Positions 28,166 through 37,115 of a stretch of DNA of 64,000 bases are shown here, in pieces; position 1 is the stretch's first letter; each line of letters begins with the position of its first letter. The stretch covers positions 2,545-66,544 of the forward strand of contig JAZKHB010000015.1 of NCBI GenBank assembly GCA_040385585.1, given 5' to 3'. A model generated the notes under the pieces. That model was not told the origin of the DNA and ran no database searches. It worked only from the letters and a program-made list of their open reading frames with translations. This DNA comes from Pseudomonadota bacterium. Lineage in GTDB: Bacteria > Pseudomonadota > Gammaproteobacteria > Pseudomonadales > Pseudomonadaceae. The translations under genes were made by a program, and so were the position numbers.

Positions 28166-29209
28166 ATGATCCGTCGCACCCCGCTGGCACTGTCTGTCCT
28201 GTTCGCGTTCGGCCTCACGGGCACGGCCCAGGCCGCCGGCACCCTGAGCCTGGCCAACTGGTCGGATTATTTCCCGCCGGAGCTGCTGAAGAAATTCGAG
28301 GCCGATACCGGCATCAAGGCCAGTCTCGACGCCTACGACAGCAACGAAACCCTGCTGGCCAAGCTCAAGGCCGGCGGCGGCAGCTACGACGTGGTGGTGC
28401 CGTCCGACAGCTTCATCCAGATTATGGTGCAGGAAGACCTGCTGCAGAAATTCGACAAGAGCAAGCTGCCGAACCTGAAAAACCTCACCCCGACCTTCCA
28501 GACCCTGGCCTTCGATCCCGGCCACGACTACAGCACGCCCTACCTGTGGGGCACCACCGGCTACAGCTACGATTCGGCCAAGGTGCCCGGTGGTACGCTG
28601 GAGGAAAGCTGGGGCCCGTTCTTCAACCCGGCGCCCGAGCTGAGCGGTAAGGTGGTCGCCCTCAATTCGCCGGATGACCTCTATCCGCCCGCGGCGCGCT
28701 ACCTGGGCATCGATGTTTGCACCGAGGACCCGAAAGAGGCGAAGAAAATCCAGGACCTGCTGCTAGCGCAAAAAACCGCGCTGGCCATGTACAACAGCGA
28801 CGGCACCATCGAACGCATGGCCGCGGGCGAGGTGAGCATGCACCAGCAATGGAACGGAGCCTTCCACCGGGCCCATGCCCAGCGCGACAGCCTGGTCTAC
28901 GTCTATCCGAAAGAAGGCATCGCGGCCTTTATCGACAACTTCGCCATTCCCAAGGGCGCGACCCATGTCGAGGAAGCCCACGTCTTCATCAACTGGATGA
29001 TGGAGCCGGAAAACATCGCCGCCGCCTCCAACTTCGCCAAGTACAACAACGCCATCGCCGGCGCGGAAAAATTCATGGACAAAGAACTGTTCGACGACCC
29101 GGCCATCAACACCCCGGCGGACAAGCTCGATCGCCTGCGGCCTTTCCAGCTCTGCTCGCCGAAGGCGCTGAAACTGCGCAGCACGGTCTGGACCAAACTG
29201 AAGAAATAA
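28166..29209 (+). CDS. Periplasmic polyamine-binding protein (PotD/PotF-like)
   Basis: Signal peptide MIRRTPLALSVLFAFGLTGTAQA, then LSLANWSDYFPPELLKKFEADTGIKA. The track ORF 27287-29209 carries a false N-terminal read-through. Confidence 0.88.
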   Translation: MIRRTPLALSVLFAFGLTGTAQAAGTLSLANWSDYFPPELLKKFEADTGIKASLDAYDSNETLLAKLKAGGGSYDVVVPSDSFIQIMVQEDLLQKFDKSKLPNLKNLTPTFQTLAFDPGHDYSTPYLWGTTGYSYDSAKVPGGTLEESWGPFFNPAPELSGKVVALNSPDDLYPPAARYLGIDVCTEDPKEAKKIQDLLLAQKTALAMYNSDGTIERMAAGEVSMHQQWNGAFHRAHAQRDSLVYVYPKEGIAAFIDNFAIPKGATHVEEAHVFINWMMEPENIAAASNFAKYNNAIAGAEKFMDKELFDDPAINTPADKLDRLRPFQLCSPKALKLRSTVWTKLKK

Positions 29210-29284
29210 TCCGTCCCGGGGCGAGCCGACTCGCCCTTACTCTCCACGACCCAGGTGTCCAGGGCGACGCCTGAGGAGTCCTGC

Positions 29285-30316
29285 ATGCTGACGATTTACA
29301 GCGACGACCATCACCTGCACCACGGCAAGGTGGAACTGATCGATGGCCAATTCACCCCCTGCTTCGAGATGCCCAGCCGCGCCGACATGGTCCTGGCCCG
29401 CGCCAGGCGCGTCGGCCTGGGCGAGGTTCGCGGCCCCCTGGACTTCGGCCTGGCGCCGATCCGCCGGGTGCACGGCGAAGGCTTTCTGCGCTTTCTGCAA
29501 CATGCCTGGCGCGATTGGCAGGCCCTGGGGCGCAGCCACGACATGCTGCCGATGACTTGGCCCATCCGGCGCCTGCGCCAAATCGAACCCGAGGACATAG
29601 ACGGCAAGCTCGGCTACTACTCCTTCGACGCCGGCGCACCCATCACCGCCGGCACCTGGCAGGCCATTATCAGTTCGGCCAACGTCGCCTTGACCGGCCA
29701 GGCCGAATTGAGCAAGGGCGCGCGCGGGGCGTTCTCGCTCTGCCGTCCGCCGGGCCATCACGCCGCCGCCGACTACATGGGCGGTTACTGCTACCTGAAC
29801 AATGCCGCCATCGCCACCCAGGCGCTGCTCGACCTGGGCGCCAAGCGCGTGGCGGTGCTGGATGTGGACTACCACCACGGCAACGGCACCCAGGACATCT
29901 TCTACGACCGCGCCGACGTGCTGTTCGCCTCGATCCATGGCGACCCGCGCGCCGAGTACCCCTATTTCCTCGGCTTCGCCGACGAGAAGGGCGTCGGGGT
30001 CGGTGCCGGGTTCAACTTCAACTATCCGCTGGCCGCTGGCAGCGGCTGGGCGAACTGGAGCCTGGCGCTGGCGGATGCCTGTCGGCAGATTCGGGCCTAT
30101 GCCCCGGATGCCCTGGTGGTCTCCCTTGGCGTGGACACCTACAAGGACGATCCGATTTCCCAGTTCAAGCTGGACAGCCCGGATTACGTGCGCATGGGCG
30201 AAGCCATAGGTGCCCTGGGCCTGCAGACCCTGTTCGTGATGGAGGGCGGCTATGCGGTCGAGGAAATCGGCGTCAATGCCGTCAACGTGCTGCAGGGATT
30301 CGACAGCCGGGCCTGA
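29285..30316 (+). CDS. Histone-deacetylase-family acetylpolyamine amidohydrolase
   Basis: MLTIYSDDHHLH..., RPPGHHA, DVDYHHGNGTQ (Zn/catalytic motifs of the HDAC fold). Shine-Dalgarno GAGGAG. Confidence 0.88.
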   Translation: MLTIYSDDHHLHHGKVELIDGQFTPCFEMPSRADMVLARARRVGLGEVRGPLDFGLAPIRRVHGEGFLRFLQHAWRDWQALGRSHDMLPMTWPIRRLRQIEPEDIDGKLGYYSFDAGAPITAGTWQAIISSANVALTGQAELSKGARGAFSLCRPPGHHAAADYMGGYCYLNNAAIATQALLDLGAKRVAVLDVDYHHGNGTQDIFYDRADVLFASIHGDPRAEYPYFLGFADEKGVGVGAGFNFNYPLAAGSGWANWSLALADACRQIRAYAPDALVVSLGVDTYKDDPISQFKLDSPDYVRMGEAIGALGLQTLFVMEGGYAVEEIGVNAVNVLQGFDSRA

Positions 30317-30333
30317 AGCCAGTGCCCCGGCCG

Positions 30334-31269
30334 CTATTGGTCGGTCGAGGGCGCAGGCGCCTTGCGAAATACATAGAAGAGGTTGGGTTCGCTGACCAGG
30401 TACAGCGTGCCGTCTCTATCCATGGCCAGGCCCTCGGCCTGGGGCACGGCCTTTTTCAGGCCATGCTGACCACGCCGCAGCGACAGGCTGCTGATCGGTC
30501 GGCCCTCAGCATCCAGCTCGATGATCAGTTGCGACTCGTCGGACAGGGCCAGCAAATGACCGCTGCGCGTATCGAACTGCAGGCTGGAGAGGTCGCGCAC
30601 GAACAGCCCGGAGTCGCGCTCGGCGTCGTCCACCACATGCACGGCGAAGGGCTTGTCCGGGTCGGTGTGAGGAAAGCCGTGGATCTCGTAGATACGCACC
30701 GGGTCGCGCTCCTTGGCCACGAACAGGCGCTCGCCGCGGGTGTCGTAGGCCAGTCCCTCGAAGCCCTTGTTGCCGTTCATGCCGATACCCAGGCTCAGCT
30801 GCTGGGCCTGGGCCGCGTCGATCACCCGGGTGGTTTCATCCACCCGGATCTTGACCAGCCGCTGCAGGCGCTCGTCGGCGATCACGTACAGGCCCGGGCC
30901 GATGTACTCGATGGCCTCCGGATCGCCGAAACCCACCAGGGGGATCTGCCGCAGCACCCGCCCGTCCAGGGACAGCTCGATCAAGCGAGGCTTCTGGTTG
31001 GTCACGCTGAACAGGCTGTTGCGGTCTGGATCGTAGGTCAGGGCCGAGACGTCATCGTCCAACCCCATAAGGGGCTGCCCCTCCAATTGCACCTCGTAGT
31101 CCGGCAGCCAGATCGACTGCTCGCGCCACTGGGCGGCGTGGCGCCACTGCTGCACGGCGAACCAACCGCGTTCGAACAGCCGCCACTCCTGGCCGGCCAG
31201 GGCCGCCACCAACAAAACGCCCAGCAGCAGGGCCAGCAACAGGCGTTTCAGGGTCAACACGGAACGCAT
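30334..31269 (-). CDS. SdiA-regulated/YjiK-type beta-propeller protein, paralog 1
   Basis: N-terminal TM/signal segment, then SIWLPDY, NKGFEGLAYD, RDLSSLQFD, LSDESQL, QAEGLAMD, EPNLFYVF. An alternative GTG start lies at 31278. Confidence 0.75.
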   Translation of the reverse strand: MRSVLTLKRLLLALLLGVLLVAALAGQEWRLFERGWFAVQQWRHAAQWREQSIWLPDYEVQLEGQPLMGLDDDVSALTYDPDRNSLFSVTNQKPRLIELSLDGRVLRQIPLVGFGDPEAIEYIGPGLYVIADERLQRLVKIRVDETTRVIDAAQAQQLSLGIGMNGNKGFEGLAYDTRGERLFVAKERDPVRIYEIHGFPHTDPDKPFAVHVVDDAERDSGLFVRDLSSLQFDTRSGHLLALSDESQLIIELDAEGRPISSLSLRRGQHGLKKAVPQAEGLAMDRDGTLYLVSEPNLFYVFRKAPAPSTDQ

Positions 31270-31344
31270 CGGACGCACTCACAGGCAATGAAAAGAGAAA
31301 GGAGTTAATACCCGGTGGCTGAACCCGAGCTGAATCGGCACGGT

Positions 31345-32295
31345 TTACTGGGCGGGCGGCGCGACCTTGAGCAGCGGGATCGCGGTCACGGAGGGGGTCT
31401 TGCTGAACACGTAGAACAGGTTCGGCTCGCCGACCACATAGATATTGCCCGCGCCATCCATGGCCACGCCTTCGGCCTGCCTGATCGCCTGATCCAGGCC
31501 GTTGAGCCCACCGATCAGGCTGATAAAGCTGACCGGCTCGCCCTGCTCGTCCACCTCCAGCAGCAACCGCGACTCGTCGGACAGCAGCAGGGTGTGGCCG
31601 GTGCGCGGGTCGACGGCCAATGAGGACAGGTCGCGGATAAACAGCGATCCGGCAGGCAGCGCGGTCATCAGCCCCGCCGCGCCATCGGCCGTGGGAAACG
31701 GCAGGCTAAACAGACCCAGCGGGTTGCGCTCGTGGGCCAGTAACAGACGCTGGTGGCGCCCATCCCAGGCAATGCCCTCGAACCCCTTGTTGCCGGTCTC
31801 GTCCAGCCCCAGATCGAAGCGCGGCAGGTCGCTGGCATCGATGCGTTCGGCGCCATCCGGCAGCACGAAGGTGGTGAGCTGGCGGCGGCGCTCGTCAATG
31901 ATCGAGATTCGCCCATCCCCCATCACCTCGACGCCCTCGGGGTTGGCGAAACCGATCAGCTCGATGCGTCGCAGCACCTCGCCCTCCAGGCTGAGCTCGA
32001 CTAGCAATGGGTGTTTGCCGGTGACGGTGAACAGGGTGCCGGTCACCGGATTGAAACTCAGGCCGGACGTTTCGTCTCCTTCCAGACCCGCCAGGGACCT
32101 GGCCTGGACCACCGCCGTGTAACCCGGGAGCCAGATGCTCGCCTCGCGCCCCTCTTCGGACAAACTGCCCTCCTGAAGCCAGAACAGGGCGCGCGCATCC
32201 AATTGCAAGCCGTGGATCAACGCCGTCGACCCGAGCAGCACGCAGGCGGCGAACAGCCAACGGGGGCGGAGCAGGCAACGGGGGAACGCAGGCAT
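31345..32295 (-). CDS. SdiA-regulated/YjiK-type beta-propeller protein, paralog 2
   Basis: Same motif series as paralog 1: SIWLPGY, NKGFEGIAWD, RDLSSLAVD, LSDESRL, QAEGVAMD, EPNLFYVF. Start at ATG 32295 (MPAFPRCLL). Confidence 0.75.
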   Translation of the reverse strand: MPAFPRCLLRPRWLFAACVLLGSTALIHGLQLDARALFWLQEGSLSEEGREASIWLPGYTAVVQARSLAGLEGDETSGLSFNPVTGTLFTVTGKHPLLVELSLEGEVLRRIELIGFANPEGVEVMGDGRISIIDERRRQLTTFVLPDGAERIDASDLPRFDLGLDETGNKGFEGIAWDGRHQRLLLAHERNPLGLFSLPFPTADGAAGLMTALPAGSLFIRDLSSLAVDPRTGHTLLLSDESRLLLEVDEQGEPVSFISLIGGLNGLDQAIRQAEGVAMDGAGNIYVVGEPNLFYVFSKTPSVTAIPLLKVAPPAQ

Positions 32296-32414
32296 GGGCA
32301 GGGCTCGGCAGAGGATGCACGCCGGACGAAGTCGCGGCGTAGAGTCACAAGACGGTTGGGCAGCGCCCGCAGGCACGTCCGATATCCTTGTCCAAGGGTT
32401 CCCTTAGGGTCGCA

Positions 32415-33080
32415 TCAGTTCACGCGACTGGCGAAACGCCCGTGGCCGACCAACTCCAGCACCAGCTCGTCGCCCGACTTCAGAGGCCCGACGCCCGCCG
32501 GTGTTCCCGTCAGCAGCACATCGCCGGCCTGCAAGCTGAAGTGGCCGCAGACATGCTGGATCATCGCCAGAATCGGATTGAGCATGTCGCGGCTGTTGCC
32601 GTCCTGACGGACTTCGCCGTTGAGGCTCAGGCGGATGCCCAGATCGGTCAGGTCCTGCACCGCATCGCCGGGCACGAAGGGTGCCAGCACGCAGGCGCCA
32701 TCGAAGGACTTGGCCACTTCCCAGGGATAGCCCTTGTCCTTGAGGCGGGCCTGCAGGTCGCGCAGGGTCAGGTCCAGGGCCGGGGCGAAGCCGGAAATGG
32801 CGTCCAGCACCTCTTCCGCGCTCGGCGTGGGCGACAGCGGCTTGCCAATCAGCACGGCGATTTCCGCCTCGTAGTGCACCGCGCCACGGTCCTGGGGAAT
32901 GCTGAAACCGCCCTCCAGGGGCACCACGCAGCTGCCCGGCTTGATAAACAGCAGGGGCTCGCTGGGCACCGGATTGTTCAGTTCCTTGGCATGTTCGGCG
33001 TAGTTGCGACCGATACACACCACCTTGCCCATGGGGAAGTGGATCGGTGTGCCGTCGCTGTAGTGGTGCTGGTAACTCAT
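32415..33080 (-). CDS. Fumarylacetoacetate-hydrolase-family protein (YcgM-like)
   Basis: MSYQHHYSDG...KVVCIGRNYAEHAKELNNPVP..PLLFIKP...YEAEIAVLIG...GDVLLTGTPAGVG. Confidence 0.88.
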   Translation of the reverse strand: MSYQHHYSDGTPIHFPMGKVVCIGRNYAEHAKELNNPVPSEPLLFIKPGSCVVPLEGGFSIPQDRGAVHYEAEIAVLIGKPLSPTPSAEEVLDAISGFAPALDLTLRDLQARLKDKGYPWEVAKSFDGACVLAPFVPGDAVQDLTDLGIRLSLNGEVRQDGNSRDMLNPILAMIQHVCGHFSLQAGDVLLTGTPAGVGPLKSGDELVLELVGHGRFASRVN

Positions 33081-33235
33081 GGGCAACTCCTTGTGGGAAT
33101 GCGGTGCACGGCGCCTTGTGGGAGCCGGCGAGAGGTAGTCAGGTGATCATGCCGTTTTACAGGCGGGCCGTCGCTGCGACCAAGATCTAATCAACTCGCT
33201 GAAAGCATCGCGAGCGAAGGCCGAGCGCAGCCGCT

Positions 33236-34630
33236 TTAAACCGGGAAGATCTTGCCCGGGTTCATGATGCCATTGGGATCGAACACAGCCTTGATCGCCT
33301 TCATATAGGCGATCTCGGCGGGGGAACGGCTGTAGGTCAGGTAGTCGCGCTTGGTCATGCCGACGCCGTGTTCGGCGGAGATCGAACCGTTGTACTTCTG
33401 CACCGTCTCGAACACCTGGGTGTTGACCCCAGCGCAGATGGCGAAAAACGCGTCCTTGGACAGGTGTTCGGGTTTCAGGATATTCAGGTGCAGGTTGCCG
33501 TCGCCGATATGACCGAACCAGATGATCTCGAAGTCCGGGTAGCGCTCGGCGACTATGGCGTCGATGTCGTGGAGAAAGGCCGGCACCTGGGCCACGGTGA
33601 CCGAGATGTCGTTCTTGTAGGGCGTCCAGTGGGAAATGGTCTCGGAGATGTATTCGCGCAGCTTCCACAGGTTCTGCAGCTGCTGCTCGCTCTGGCTCAT
33701 CACCCCGTCCAGCACCCAGCCCTGTTCCACGCAGTGCTCGAAAGTCGCCAGGGCCTGGTTGGCCACCTCCTCCGTGCTGGCCTCGAACTCCAGCAGCGCA
33801 TAGAAGGGGCAGTCGGTGGCGAACGGTGCCGGCACATCGCCCCGGGCCAGGACCTTGGCCAGGGCCTTGTCGGAGAAGAACTCGAAAGCGGTCAGGTCCA
33901 GCTGGCCCTGAAAGGCGTGCAGCACCGGCATGATCGAATCGAAATCCGCGGCGCCCAGCACCATGGCGGTGAGGTTCCGCGGCGCGCGATCCAGGCGCAT
34001 GGTGGCCTCGACCACGAAGCCCAGGGTGCCTTCCGCGCCGATAAACAAATGGCGCAGGTCATAGCCCGTGGCGTTCTTGATCAGATCCTTGTTCAGCTCC
34101 AGCAGCTCGCCGGTGCCGGTGACCACCTTGAGGCCCGCCACCCAGTTGCGGGTCATGCCGTAACGGATGACCTTGATCCCGCCGGCATTGGTGCCGATAT
34201 TGCCGCCCAGCTGGCTGGAGCCGGCCGACGCGAAGTCCACGGGGTAGTACAGCCCCTGCTCCTGGGCATAGGCCTGCAATTGCGCGGTGACCACGCCCGG
34301 CTGGCACACGGCGGTGCGATCAAATTCGTTGAAATCGAGAATCTGGTTCATATAGTCGAACGCCACCACCACCTCGCCATTGGCCGCCACCGCGGCGGCG
34401 GACAGCCCGGTGCGCCCGCCCGAAGGCACCAGCGCCACCTGGCGCTCGTTGGCCCAGCGGACGATGGCCTGGACCTGCTCGATGCTCTTGGGAAAGGCGA
34501 TGGCCAGGGGCGCCGGGGCGAAATGCTTGGTCCAGTCCTTGCCGTAGGTCACCAGGGAATCGGCATCGGTCAGCACCTTGCCAGGCTCAACCAGGGTCTT
34601 CAGTTCTTCGATCAAGGCAGGGTTGGTCAT
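33236..34630 (-). CDS. FAD-linked oxidase (GlcD-like; probable D-2-hydroxyglutarate dehydrogenase)
   Basis: MTNPALIEELKTLV..., FAD-binding PSGGRTGLSAAAV, C-terminal SISAEHGVG. Divergent from serA. Confidence 0.85.
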   Translation of the reverse strand: MTNPALIEELKTLVEPGKVLTDADSLVTYGKDWTKHFAPAPLAIAFPKSIEQVQAIVRWANERQVALVPSGGRTGLSAAAVAANGEVVVAFDYMNQILDFNEFDRTAVCQPGVVTAQLQAYAQEQGLYYPVDFASAGSSQLGGNIGTNAGGIKVIRYGMTRNWVAGLKVVTGTGELLELNKDLIKNATGYDLRHLFIGAEGTLGFVVEATMRLDRAPRNLTAMVLGAADFDSIMPVLHAFQGQLDLTAFEFFSDKALAKVLARGDVPAPFATDCPFYALLEFEASTEEVANQALATFEHCVEQGWVLDGVMSQSEQQLQNLWKLREYISETISHWTPYKNDISVTVAQVPAFLHDIDAIVAERYPDFEIIWFGHIGDGNLHLNILKPEHLSKDAFFAICAGVNTQVFETVQKYNGSISAEHGVGMTKRDYLTYSRSPAEIAYMKAIKAVFDPNGIMNPGKIFPV

Positions 34631-34830
34631 CTCGGGAACTCTCAAACGATTCATGGTCACCCTGAGCACGCTTCATCGGCCAGGGAGGGGTGTTTCGCGG
34701 GGCTCGTATGCTAGCATACGCACCCCCTGCATCGTGCGCTCCGGCCGATCCAGGCGGCCGGCACCCGGCCGGTCCGGCCAGCCCGCGCTGTCCGCTTCCC
34801 TGACATTTTACTGGGATTACAGGTACGCAG

Positions 34831-36060
34831 ATGAGCAAGACCTCTCTCGACAAGAGCAAGATCAAGTTCCTTCTTCTCGAAGGTGTCCACCAGAACGCCG
34901 TGGACACCCTGAAGGCCGCCGGTTACAGCAATATCGAGTACCTGACCGGCTCGCTGCCCGAAGCCCAGCTCAAGGAAAAGATTGCCGATGCCCACTTTAT
35001 CGGTATCCGCTCGCGCACCCAGCTGACCGACGAAATCTTCGATTGCGCGAAGAAGCTGGTGGCGGTCGGTTGCTTCTGCATCGGCACCAACCAGGTCGAC
35101 CTGGACGCGGCCCGCGAACGCGGCATCGCGGTGTTCAACGCACCGTTCTCCAACACCCGCTCGGTGGCCGAGCTGGTACTGGCCGAGGCCATTCTGCTGC
35201 TGCGCGGCATCCCGGAGAAGAACGCCTCCTGCCACCGCGGCGGCTGGATCAAGAGCGCGGCCAACTCCTTCGAGATCCGCGGCAAGAAGTTGGGCATCGT
35301 CGGCTACGGCTCGATCGGCACCCAGCTCTCGGTGCTGGCGGAAAACCTCGGCATGCAGGTGTTCTTCTACGACGTGGTCACCAAGCTGCCTCTGGGCAAC
35401 GCCACCCAGGTCGGCAAGCTCCACGACCTGCTGGGCATGGTCGATATCGTCACCCTGCACGTGCCGGAACTGCCTTCCACCCAGTGGATGATGGGCGAGA
35501 AGGAAATCCGCGCGATGAAGAAGGGCAGCATCCTGATCAACGCCGCCCGCGGTACCGTGGTCGAACTGGATCACCTGGCCGCCGCGATCAAGGACCAGCA
35601 CCTGATCGGCGCCGCCATCGACGTGTTCCCGGTGGAGCCGCGTTCCAACGACGAAGAATTCGAAAGCCCCCTGCGCGGCCTGGACAACGTGATCCTGACC
35701 CCGCACATCGGCGGCTCCACCGCCGAAGCCCAGGCCAATATCGGCCTGGAAGTGGCGGAAAAGCTGGTCAAGTACAGCGACAACGGCACCTCGGTGTCCT
35801 CGGTCAACTTCCCCGAAGTCGCGCTGCCGGCCCACCCGGGCAAGCACCGCCTGCTGCATATCCACGCCAACGTGCCGGGGGTGATGAGCGAGATCAACAA
35901 GGTCTTCGCCGACAACGGTATCAACATCGCCGGACAGTTCCTGCAGACCAACGACAAGGTCGGCTACGTGGTGATAGACGTCGACGCCGATTACTCGGAC
36001 CTGGCCCTGGAAAAATTGCAGCACGTCCACGGCACCATCCGCAGCCGCGTACTCTTCTAG
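34831..36060 (+). CDS. serA: D-3-phosphoglycerate dehydrogenase
   Basis: 409 aa. MSKTSLDKSKIKFLLLEGVHQ..., NAD motif GIVGYGSIGTQ, catalytic HIGGST, C-terminal ACT domain. Confidence 0.96.
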   Translation: MSKTSLDKSKIKFLLLEGVHQNAVDTLKAAGYSNIEYLTGSLPEAQLKEKIADAHFIGIRSRTQLTDEIFDCAKKLVAVGCFCIGTNQVDLDAARERGIAVFNAPFSNTRSVAELVLAEAILLLRGIPEKNASCHRGGWIKSAANSFEIRGKKLGIVGYGSIGTQLSVLAENLGMQVFFYDVVTKLPLGNATQVGKLHDLLGMVDIVTLHVPELPSTQWMMGEKEIRAMKKGSILINAARGTVVELDHLAAAIKDQHLIGAAIDVFPVEPRSNDEEFESPLRGLDNVILTPHIGGSTAEAQANIGLEVAEKLVKYSDNGTSVSSVNFPEVALPAHPGKHRLLHIHANVPGVMSEINKVFADNGINIAGQFLQTNDKVGYVVIDVDADYSDLALEKLQHVHGTIRSRVLF

Positions 36061-36064
36061 TCAC

Positions 36065-36117
36065 GCCGCAGCGATAAAAAAGGGAGGCCTCGGCCTCCCT
36101 TTTTTTATCGCTGCGGA
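36065..36117. terminator. Bidirectional rho-independent terminator
   Basis: CCGCAGCGATAAAAAAGGGAGGCCTCGGCCTCCCTTTTTTTATCGCTGCGG. A long palindrome with A-run and T-run flanks, between convergent serA and the DUF523 gene. Confidence 0.85.
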
Positions 36118-36157
36118 TCGTACCGACCGCCCGGATAGACCTTGGCGCAGATGCCCT

Positions 36158-36652
36158 TCAGCCCTCGATCTCCAGCAGCGCCAGGGCCGAGACCGCGGCC
36201 TCCAGCTCCTCCTCGTTGAACACCTGTACCCCGGCGCGCCTGAGCAGGGCGGCGGTGACGCCCTCGCCCGGCACCTTGGTTCCGGTAAAGCTGCCGTCGT
36301 AGTTTTCCCGGTTGCCGCACGAAGGGCTGCGCGCCTTGAGCACGGCCAGACGGATGCCATGGGCGCGCACCAGGGCCAGGGCCTGTTCGGCACCGGCGCG
36401 AAAGGCGGCGCTGACCTCCTGGCCGTCGACTGTCATGACCGGACACAGCCCATCCAGCACCAGGGCGCCCTGGCCTCCGGGAATTTCCGCGGCGGGTCTG
36501 GGCGTACCCAGGCCGCCGGCCACCTCCGGGCACAGGCCGACCACGCGACCTTCGGCCTGCCAGCGCCCCAGCAAGTCGAAGGGCCCATGGGCGCCGCCGT
36601 CGTAGCGCACCCGATGGCCGAGCAGGCAGCGGCTGACCAGGATTTTCTGCAT
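36158..36652 (-). CDS. DUF523-family protein (2-thiouracil-desulfurase-like)
   Basis: MQKILVSRCLLGHRVRYDGG...LCPEVAGGLGTPRP...KARSPSCG. Start at ATG 36652. Confidence 0.75.
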   Translation of the reverse strand: MQKILVSRCLLGHRVRYDGGAHGPFDLLGRWQAEGRVVGLCPEVAGGLGTPRPAAEIPGGQGALVLDGLCPVMTVDGQEVSAAFRAGAEQALALVRAHGIRLAVLKARSPSCGNRENYDGSFTGTKVPGEGVTAALLRRAGVQVFNEEELEAAVSALALLEIEG

Positions 36653-36700
36653 ATAAGGTCGCTCCCCGGCAATAAATGCCAAGCCTATCGCGTCTGCCGC

Positions 36701-37039
36701 TCAGGTGCGAAAAAAGGCCGTGCAACGCTGCCTGACCGCCTCGGACAGGCTGTCGTCCGCCAGCTCGATCAGGTCCAGCGCCAGGTCCTCCGGCAGCAGC
36801 ACGGCGACCCGGGACGCCAGGCACTGACGCACCCTGGCATCGGTACCGGAGACGGCCAGCAACAGACGCGGTTGGGGGCCGAGGGCCGGGTCGCGCAGCG
36901 CGGCCAGGTAGGCTTCGCGCACCCCCAGCTCGGTGCAGGCGACACTCAACGCCTGCTCCAGCGGGGGATGGGCGACCACGGCGAGGGCCAACTCGGCACT
37001 GCCGGCATAGGTGCCGGCCTGGATCGGGGAAGACGGCAT
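36701..37039 (-). CDS. Small hypothetical protein
   Basis: ATG 37039 preceded by TGGAGC; 112 aa; codon usage looks like the host. No family recognised with confidence. Confidence 0.45.
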   Translation of the reverse strand: MPSSPIQAGTYAGSAELALAVVAHPPLEQALSVACTELGVREAYLAALRDPALGPQPRLLLAVSGTDARVRQCLASRVAVLLPEDLALDLIELADDSLSEAVRQRCTAFFRT

Positions 37040-37115
37040 GTGATTGCTCCACGACAAGGAGCACCCAGCCTAGGGATATGCACAACAGCTGTCGTAGCGG
37101 CGGATCACAGCTGGC

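Noticed and set aside
27287-29209. 640-aa ORF that appears to fuse a long N-terminal region to the periplasmic binding protein
   Set aside because: The first ~290 aa are an alternative frame of the PotC-like permease gene. A signal peptide and RBS appear at ATG 28166, which I take as the true start.
33087-33235. Direct repeat CCTTGTGGGA (33089 and 33114) and REP-like fragments (TGTGGGAGCCGGC..., CGCGAGCGAAGGCCGAGCGCAGCCGC) between the FAH gene and the oxidase gene
   Set aside because: It resembles decayed Pseudomonas REP sequences, but I could not fold a convincing palindrome by eye. It is too degenerate to call as a feature.
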